Assembly: GCF_009914755.1 (NCBI RefSeq)
Contig: NC_060931.1
Strand: one strand, 5' to 3'
Length of the DNA stretch: 64,000 bases
DNA from: the human T2T-CHM13v2.0 reference genome, Homo sapiens
Both the position numbers and the translations under genes were made by a program. A model generated the notes under the pieces. It had not been told where the DNA came from and made no database searches. It saw only the letters and a list, made by a program, of their open reading frames with translations. This document shows, piece by piece, positions 52,296 through 64,000 of the stretch. Numbering within the stretch: position 1 is the first letter of the stretch; each line of letters starts with the position of its first letter.

Positions 52296-53772
52296 CTCCC
52301 CTTGTTTAAATTATTGAAAACTTAATTTTAAGTTCACTTTTTAATATTAATCAAATCAGTGAACTAGTCTATGATAAAACAGAGGGTTCCAATAATAGCA
52401 AAAAAAAAAAATTGTGTCTCTGCCTGTGTCTCTCTTTCTCCACATGTTCTCTTAGGACAAATAGCCTCTTTTAAGTCCCTCTTCCAACGCATTCACTCAA
52501 AACACAAACACACACACACTCTACTACATAATGATTTCTGGAGTCCCCAGGGGAGTCTCAGATGATGTAGACTTCACTTGCTCTGTGTTCTGCTACTGTC
52601 AGAACGGCTGGCACCAGAGTTTCCAATTCACCAAAACAAGGTGACCAGATTTCTTTTTCCTATTACACAGCTCCCAAAGCACAGCAGTTTTAAGTCCCCA
52701 ACTCTCTCCTGTCTGCTCTGCTCAAAGCCCTCTCCCATGAATCAGTTTTGTGGATTGGGCCACAGGAGGCTCTGAATGATAATTGTCATGTTATCCTCAG
52801 CTCCATTCTCCTCTACAAAACCAGAATCTTACTAGACCAAACTTGGCTTGACTCTCTCATTACATAGTATGAGGTGCCTTTTTTTTCCTCTTACAAATCT
52901 CCACTTCCAGAGCCTGTTGCCACAATCCCAGGCATTGCCAGACATGCCCAAAGCCAAAGGGAGACAGCTTACATTCAAACTTGGATCTCCATTCTGTTTT
53001 CCTACTATAGGCTAGCACTCTCTGGTATAAAGTTTGTATGCTTCTAGCGGCCCCTTTATCTAGAATTAAACATGGCTTAATATTCATAATGCTTTATTCA
53101 CTAGCCATGGAAGAAAGTGAATCCACTCTTCAAATAAATGATGACTTGAAAGAGCTACCATATTACATCACAGCAAACTCCAAGGCTCATAATCACTTCC
53201 CAATTATTACCACTTGGCAAATTGCCACGGCTATCACACAAAAACTATTATGGTAACTATGGTCTGGATGATAGGGTAAGTATCATTACTCTCATTCTAC
53301 AGATGAAAAGCTATTGCTTAAAAGATCCTGAGATAAATGGCTAGTAAGTAACAGAGCTAGAGGAAGAACTACAATCTCCTGACTGGGGTTTGTTCTTGAG
53401 AATTTTAGGCTTGAGACATAGATTTACCAAGTCACCAAATTTTTCTGACACTTGTCTCCTTCTAATAATTTACTTGAAAACTCTAATTGGTGCTGACAAA
53501 AGAGGATATTGACAACTGGTAAAATGTCCAAAGCCAACTTGAATGAATCATCCATGCTACAGATCAGAACAATCTGTTCAATGAAGCGGCATACATAGAT
53601 TATGCATACAGTTGTCATGAAGGTAAGTCAAATGACTTGACCCCACTATCTGATTCACCATTTTAAACCGAGTGCCCTAAGCAGTTTTAACTTTGCCATT
53701 GACACTTTTCTCAGCCAGCAATGTGGTCAGTGACTACACATCACCAAAAGTGATATGAAGAATATGAAATTG

Positions 53773-53964
<192 letters not shown>

Positions 53965-54432
53965 CTAAACAATAGAGCAATCCTAAAAGATACGGTTTAA
54001 ACTTTTCTCATAGATTAGATGAGAAATAAATATAAATCACAGGTCAGTTGTCATATTAACAATACATATTTCCATAAGAAATAACAAAAAAAATCCTATA
54101 GTTTTAAAAATGCCAAAATTACTATTGCAATAAAAAAGACACGAAAACAGAAAATTTTGTTCTTGATTTAAAAACTGATTGACAGAATAACAGTATCTTG
54201 GTGGTAATGAAATATACCTTTTTAAACTGACCTCATAAAAACATAAGAACATAACTGACTGGCTGTACACAGTAAATGTACAGGAAAATTGAACTTTATA
54301 GAAATAATGCCCATTAGGATAGCTCTACGAACCTATTAGGAGTCATTGAGTTACATTGTTAAGTTTAAAAGGAAAGTTCAAAAAGATTATAAATAGTAAT
54401 TCTACCTTTTATAGAAGAAAAATAAAAGTATT

Positions 54433-57080
<2,648 letters not shown>

Positions 57081-58436
57081 AAAATCACAGAAATAAAGGC
57101 AAAATAAATTTTATAATGGCAATAAAAATATAGATGAATAAAAACAAAATTATCAATAAATTTTGGTATAAGCTTTCTATAGAAAAAAATTAATTCTGAT
57201 GAAAATACAAAAAAATCGGAAAAAGGTTTAAGTGCTATATAAAAATTTTTGAGTGATTAAATTGAATTATAGAGAATCATGAAAGTCTTCAATGTTGGCA
57301 TGATTTCAATTAAAATATTGTAATCATCAATCGTTCATTACAACTTCTTCCTTGTTAAAGTAGGGGTCCCTAAACATGGACATATTAGTTTGGTCAAAAT
57401 GGCTTATGCGGGAAAAAATATTACAAATTTGTCCTGGGTAAGTGGCAAATGCTACTGTTGAAAAACCTGTGCTTTAGGGAATTGGAATTGGTAGGCCAGG
57501 TGGTTATTGCTATGCAATGAGTAAGAATCAATTTGAGGGATAAAGAGGGGAGAAAGGAGGATGTGGCTCACTAGCAGGTACTGCACAAAAGACCTAATTC
57601 TCAGAGACTTTAACTTCCTCCCCCAGGAAGAGGACTTGGCTTGACTTTTGGGATTTCTGCCTGTGACATAGGCTCCAATACTTTTGAGCACTATTCTTAT
57701 GTAACAATTAGCCTCATTTTGTGGATGAATGGGAAGTTAAGAAGCTTGTCCCAAACAAGATGAAGCAAGACTCCATCCTGTTATCCCTTAATCTGAACCT
57801 GCTTTAAAATGTAATGTGGATACCCCAGAATAAAAGGGTCTCCAGTTTTATTCTAAGCTCTGCATTCCATAAGGATATTGATTTAATGAAGATGAGTCTT
57901 TTTAAAAAAATTGATCCATTGCTTTTGTTCCAGTTGCTTTTGTTTTCCAGTTGCTCAAGAATTGGAGAAACCAAGATTTTTGTTTGTTGTGTTAAATAAT
58001 TGCTAGTAAATCATTCAAACATCAAGTAATTCATCATTGTTGATCATTGTTCTAAAATGACGTACTCAGAACAATAGGTACATGGAATGGCCATTTGATA
58101 AATGATTAAATGATGTGATAATTCCATAAGAACTTCACAACAGTGTTCTTACAACTTAAAGGAAGAGTGCCAAGAAACATTCTGTTCTGGATTATAACGT
58201 GGCAGTTGGTTTGTATTTATAAATGACTCCTAGGTCACCACACAGAAAAGAGGTCTGATTTAATAATATCACTAAGTAATATTTGCTTAATTGTACCATT
58301 CCTATTGGTTACAAAAGCATTAAAAACCATGATATACTTTTCGCTGTGAAATTTAAAAGCAAAGAGATCACATCGGCTTCTCCAGTCTGAACTAGGTGCC
58401 TCGTCTGTTTTTTCTTTTCTCTTTTTTTAAAAAAAT

Positions 58437-58489
58437 GGGACAGGGAGGGGCTAGGGGAGTGGGAGGGTGAGTGATGGGGGTGTCACGTG
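58437..58489 (+). promoter_or_regulatory. G-quadruplex-forming G-run cluster adjacent to the E-box GTCACGTG
   Basis: Seven runs of >=3 G in 44 nt. GTCACGTG at 58482-58489. Confidence 0.4.
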
Positions 58490-59384
58490 CAAAGAAGCCC
58501 TCACTTCAAAGGGACGTCTGGCAGGGAGCAGGTGGGCTGCTCTCCAGGGAAGGTGCAAGGACAGTTGCTGTGCTGAAATGCACATGTGGCAGCACAGCAA
58601 ATGAGGAGCACTGGAAGATCAAAAGGAAACCTGAAAATCACAGGTCACCCTCACTCTGTACCTCTCAACTAGGATTACCAGGTCAGCCATTTGAAAGGGA
58701 GCACCCGATCTTTACAAGGTCAAGAGCCACTGACTTTGGTGAGTCTGTAATAGATCTGAGTCAGTTTCATTGCTGCCAAGTACAGAATACATTCAAGCCG
58801 GAGAAACTCAGGTAGCTCCCAAAGCTCTTTAGAGTTTGTGGAGGAAACCTGCATTCCACAGGCTTCTGAAATAGTTCTTTTGAAGTATCTCTAGTATCTA
58901 AACAGCCTTTCCAGAAGGGCTTACTTAGCAATGTTCATAAAGAGTGATAAAAGTTCTGCAAAATTTGCCCCGTTTTGTTTTGCCAGTGCTGCCATCCAGG
59001 TAAAAAGAGGACAACCTCCTGCCATTTTGCCCTAGGACAAGGTCGCCACTCATGCAATGATACCACTTGTAAATATTTAATGTACAAATGCATCTAGTTT
59101 CAACACATTACTCTTGAAGCCCTGGTCTTTGTTTTTGGTTAGAAAAAAAAAAGACACTATATTTCTAGGTTTATTTGGATTGAAGTTTCTATATGCTGTT
59201 TGAGAAGAATCAAGGCAGTGTACAGCATATATTATGCAACCCTGTGGCTAAGGCAGAGGGCCTGGTAGGGGTTGCTTCTTTACTTCCACATTATGAAGAG
59301 CAAAATAATCCAGTCATTGATTCTATTAATCAACTGTGAATATGATAAGTTCACATGATGTTATGTGTTCTGGGTTTGTTCCTT

Positions 59385-60320
59385 TTTATTTATTTTTACT
59401 GTTTATTTTAGGTTTGGGGGGCACATGTGAAGGTTTGTTACATAGATAAACACGTTTCATGGGGGTTTGTTGTACATATTGTTACATCACCCAGGTATTA
59501 AGCTCAGTACCCAATAGTTATCTTTTCTGCTCCTCTCCCTCCTTCCACACACCCCCGTCAAGTAGATCCCAGTGTCTGTTGTTTCCTTCTTTGTGTTCAT
59601 AAGTTCTCATTTGGCTCCCACTTATAAGTGAGAACATGTTGTATTTGGTTTTCTGTTCCTCCATTAGTTTGCTAAGGATGATATCCTCCAGCTCCATCCA
59701 CGCTCCTGCAAAAGACATGACTCATTTTTTATGGCCACATAGTATTCCAGGGTGTATATGTACCACATTTTCTTTATCTGATCTGTCACGGATGGGCATT
59801 TAGGTTGATTCTGTGTCTTTGCTACTGTGAATACTGCTGCAATGAACACTCACATTCATGTGTTTTATATCCCTCTGGGTATATACCAAGTAATGGGATT
59901 GCTGGATTGAATAGTAGCTCTGCTTTTACCTCTTTGAGGAATTGCCACACTGCTTCCCACAATGGTTAAACTAATTTACACTCCCACCAACAGTGTATAA
60001 GGGTTCCCTTTTCTCTGCAACTTCACCAGCATCTGCTATTTTTTGACTTTTTAGTAATAGCCATTTGACTCATTTGAGATGGTATTTGTGATTTTGATTT
60101 GCATTTCTTTAATGATCAGTGATGCTGAGCTTTTTTTCATAGGCTTGTTGGCCACATGTATGTCTTCTTTTGAGAAGTGTCTGTTCATATGTTTTGTCCA
60201 CTTTTCAATGGGGTTATTTGTTTTTCTCTTATAAATTTGTTTAAGTTCGTTACAGATGCTGGGTATTAGAGCTTTGTCAGATGCACAATTTGCAAATATT
60301 TTCCCCCATTCTGTAGGTGG
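59385..60320 (-). mobile_element. L1PA (older, ~PA13-15) 3' fragment
   Basis: Antisense L1 3' UTR and ORF2 end (peptide [18 protein letters not shown]...[12 protein letters not shown]). Confidence 0.92.
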
Positions 60321-62199
60321 TTTCCTCCTTTTTAAAACCCTTAACTCAGTCTCAGTGAAGACTTGAGAGTATTTATAGAAAATTTTGATTAGTTCAACAC
60401 ATCTCAAATGCTGGCTTGAGAATTAAAAAGTCAATCAATAACGTTTCGTTCATGTGCATCTTATAGATCCCACTTCCAAAATTAAATTTTTTATTGACTC
60501 CTACTTTTTTTTTTAACTAAATACATCAAAAAACATATATAAAACGTAGTTGTGGTTTGGTGTTCCTTGGAGGAAAGACTCTCTAGGTTAAAAAGAATCT
60601 ATATTTCCTAGCTGTAATCAGATTTGTATGGATAATATAAGCCACCATTACTATGGCCTTTTCCTCCTCAGCTGGTGCTAAAACCTCTGGACAGCTTAGA
60701 GAAAAGTAAATTTTGCTCTGTGGATAATACGTGAGGTTTACTACATTTCATATTTCGTCTTGCATGGTCCAGTGTGTCCATCAACACAATTTTACAAAAT
60801 ATCAAATCCAGTCCAATAAATGTTTAAGTCATGTTCTCTCTGCTTGGGTACCTAGAACTGTTAGCTTATTTGATTTAATTATACAAGAGCAAATAAATAA
60901 AACACAATTACCAGAAAATTTCAAGCTATGCATGCTCAATAAATTTATTCATTTCACCACCAGAAAACATGCCAAATAGTCTGGCAGAAAATTCAAATGA
61001 TCTGATGATATTTGATTAAAACTGAAGTAAAATCAATGGGGAGAAAACTTCAGTCATTCCCAACAGGAAACTCAGATCACATAAGAATTAAGTTAACTCT
61101 TGGATAATATTTAAGATTCACTATTTGAAAAGCCTGGTCTTTAGAGACAAGGGCTGAAAAAATCCAGTTCAATTATAAAGGTTTCTGTTTCTGAAATGCA
61201 AGTACTGTTAACTTTTTATTATTTTCAGCAAAGAAAAATGATGAGAAATCATCACTGAATGGATGGGTGAGGCAGTGCAACAGGGTGGGTGGGGGGCTAG
61301 GCAGAAATAAGAGATCCAGCTGCACTGAGGCAGGTGTAGGGTGGCAGAGCTACCCATGCAATGGTATCCTAAGCCAAGCATCCTGTGACAGAATTTTGGC
61401 TGTGCCTAACCTGTCATGGTTTCTGCCTAAGTTGTTTTTCCAGCTTTCCCATAGATTCTGGCAGCCTAGATAGACTTTCAATAGATTCAATTTTAGCTTG
61501 AAGTAGCCATGTTTTTGGTGTTGTTTGCCACCAAGGATCCTAAAAGTACAAAATACAATGAAGGAAGAGGAGTTATGGCAAATAAGGGAACGTAAATAAA
61601 CAAGAACCCAACTAATTTATCTAGCTGAGAAACTGGCAACTTTTCTTAGGAAGTTGTGAAACAGCTGACTAAACAGTTGAATTTTATATCTTAGGGTGCT
61701 GAGGCTGTTGTATAAAGGCAAATAAGAAAGATTTATGATGTTGGAACACATTGCGTATGACTGTTTTGTTCTACAAAAAAAGAAAGAAAGAAATCTGGGC
61801 AGATGGTAGCCTGTTTGAAAGCAGGCAGCTTAAATGTGATTCAACTGCTGAATCCAACAACTTCTGGATTTCCTCTTATCTGAGTTAATCAGCTTCTTTA
61901 ATGTTCCATCAGTTTGAGTTGTCAGTTACTTTCCATCAAATCCATCTTAATGGTATACACAAAAAGTTGGGTCCCAGTTTGCTCAAGAGGAGAACAAAGA
62001 CCTGATATGGGTCCTGTTGCATAAAGCGGGCACAGGGAGAGCCTCTATTATGGGGCTCTCTACATACGCAGGGCTAACTGCATTTTATCTTGATTTATGT
62101 TGAGAGGCCAGGCATTCAAGGGCTGAACTGCCCAGACTCAAGTCTCCCCCTGTATTCCAATTCATATTTGTACCACCAATTCTCTCGGCAGCACCTACC

Positions 62200-62722
62200 T
62201 CCAGGGCCCTTGGCTACTCGCTTTTGCATCAGCTTCCATGGCAAAAGCCAGCCATGCCTCACGTCATGCGTGCAGCTCCACACCTCTGCTCTCCTCCCGG
62301 CTTCTCCATTGCTGCTGGAGCATGAGAAGCCAGGGATCCTCCTAATGGTTCATTATGTGTACCATGGAAGTATGGCATTAATATCCCGTAAAGAGCTCAT
62401 ACCCTGTAGGGTAAATCTTTGACCAGTGGGAAATGGAGGCTGTCAAATAAATTCTTCTCCTTTTTCTCCCCAGACAGGCTTTCCTAAATAATTTGGTAGC
62501 TCATGCGGCTTCTCAGAAAGTGGTCTTGTGAGGTAGAGCAATCGGTGCACTCAGTATCAGATGGCAGCCAGCTCCATAGTGCACACCCTCGTACTTGCCC
62601 TCCCTCCTTCTCTGCCTCATTCCTATTTCCCTCAACCCTGCTTCCCTGGGGCTGCACTCCCTAATAATGTATTCCAATACAAGCTTTTGTGGGCTCTAGT
62701 TTCTATAGAAGCTGGTCTAAAA
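62200..62722 (+). mobile_element. LTR16-type ERVL LTR
   Basis: AATCTTTGACCAGTGGGAAATGGAG...CCCTGCTTCCCTGGGGCTGCACTCCCTAATAA. Confidence 0.65.
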
Positions 62723-62817
62723 TGACCCTGATATTTAAAAATATATCCCTTATTTCCAACCATCCTCTTAGATTTCAGCCTTAGCCCCTAATTTTTCCCT
62801 AAATTAAAAAATGTTGT

Positions 62818-63058
62818 ACTGCATGTTCTCACCCATAAGTGGGAGTTGAACAGTGAGTACATATGGGCACAGGGAGGGGAACACACACGCCAGGGCCTGT
62901 CGGGAGGTGGGGGTTGGGGAGGGATAGCATCAGGAGAAATACCTAATGTAGATGACAGGTTGATGGGTGCAGCAAACCACCATGGCACATGTATAGCTAT
63001 GCAGCAACCCTTCACGTTCTGCACATGTATCCCAGAACTTAAAGTATAATAATAATTT
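62818..63058 (+). mobile_element. L1PA7/8-like 3' end
   Basis: CTGCATGTTCTCAC...CCCAGAACTTAAAGTATAATAAT. TSD TTAAAAA(A)TGTTGT. Confidence 0.92.
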
Positions 63059-63730
63059 TAAAAATGTTGTGCTATATTTGGGTTGCATCTGCCAGCTTTA
63101 TATTCAAGGCCTACATATAGCAATTAATTTAGAGGACAGTCTGGGAACCAAAGTGGTATTTGTTGGGTACAGACCTCAAAAGAGGCCACTTTGTTTCTTG
63201 ACACTCCCCAGTCTTGATGAAGTTCTCTCCATTTTTGGGCTGTGGTACAGCATTTGGCAACACACAGTTTCTGTCTGTGTATTCCCAATTCTTGGAAAGC
63301 CATTTGCTATTCATAAAACTTCTTTTCCAGTCTTGTGCACACATGTACATTCACGTATTTCTCTCAGGGTTCCTGATGGCTCCCAACCTCTAACCGAGGG
63401 AGAGACTCTGACGTCTGAAATTATCTTAGCCTTTGGAGCACACACCCTATTTTATTTTTCTTTATTCATTAAATATTAATCTGAATTAGGCTGCTAATGA
63501 CAGATTTCATCACCAAAAGGCATTATGCATTCTAGAGCCTGTTAATCTTTTCTAATAGTTCATCTGTATATAAGTGTATCCACTGCCACTCCCTCGCCTC
63601 ATTACACTGCCATTTTCCCAAGAGTATTGATGAGAAATAATAAAGTGAGTAAAGTGTATTGGCTATTTATTTTTTAATATAGCACCTCTTATCATCGGAG
63701 AGGTAAAGTCAGAATTAAGATAACAGCCAC

Positions 63731-64000
63731 TAAGAAAAGCCAAAAATATTTCACCCCAAAATATACTCCTTCTTTGATATATTTTGGGATGGATATTCAG
63801 AAGACCTGTAGAGAGAAATAGCCTGCAAAACTGCTTTTTGTGGAGGAGGTTTGCATCTGTAGAGAAAAATCTACATTAGGGAAATAAATAGCCAGGCTTT
63901 CTCTGACAACGCCTCCCCTCCAGTCTGGACCTAGGAGACATTTATTCTTTCTGGGAGCTGCTACAAATGAGGTTGCATGTACATAACAAGACCACTCTTC
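63731..64000 (+). mobile_element. MER34A-like ERV1 LTR (runs off the window)
   Basis: AAATATTTCACCCCAAAATATAC...TTTGCATCTGTAGAGAA. Confidence 0.65.

Noticed and set aside
53540-53630. Perfect splice donor AAG|GTAAGT with a short open frame, and faint resemblance to a hAT transposase LDES motif
   Set aside because: There is no convincing acceptor or partner exon, and the similarity is too weak to call without a search.

Overview
Primate (human-like) non-coding genomic DNA, intergenic or deep-intronic. It is dominated by interspersed repeats: about 15 Alu/FLAM/FRAM copies, a near full-length ~7.3 kb ancient L1 (L1MA9-like) plus several truncated L1s, L2 and MIR fragments, solo LTRs (MSTB, MLT1, MLT2, MER34, LTR16/33) and DNA-transposon fossils (MER45, MER82/Tigger6-type, Tigger4, MER47A, MER5). 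I found no supportable protein-coding exon, RNA gene or CRISPR array; the ORFs I could assign come from repeats or microsatellites. Subfamily names are from memory of consensus sequences and need Dfam/RepeatMasker confirmation. The most unusual signals are several locally templated copy events. The clearest is a TSD-bounded poly(A) insertion at ~8.0-8.2 kb that carries a fold-back inverted copy of its own flank and a 21-bp piece identical to sequence 1 kb away. Others are a 22-bp templated insert in an Alu and a ~110-bp duplication replacing a MER47A end. There is also an L1 with an apparent 3' transduction and several transcription-factor motif clusters in unique sequence. I do not claim a novel biological system.
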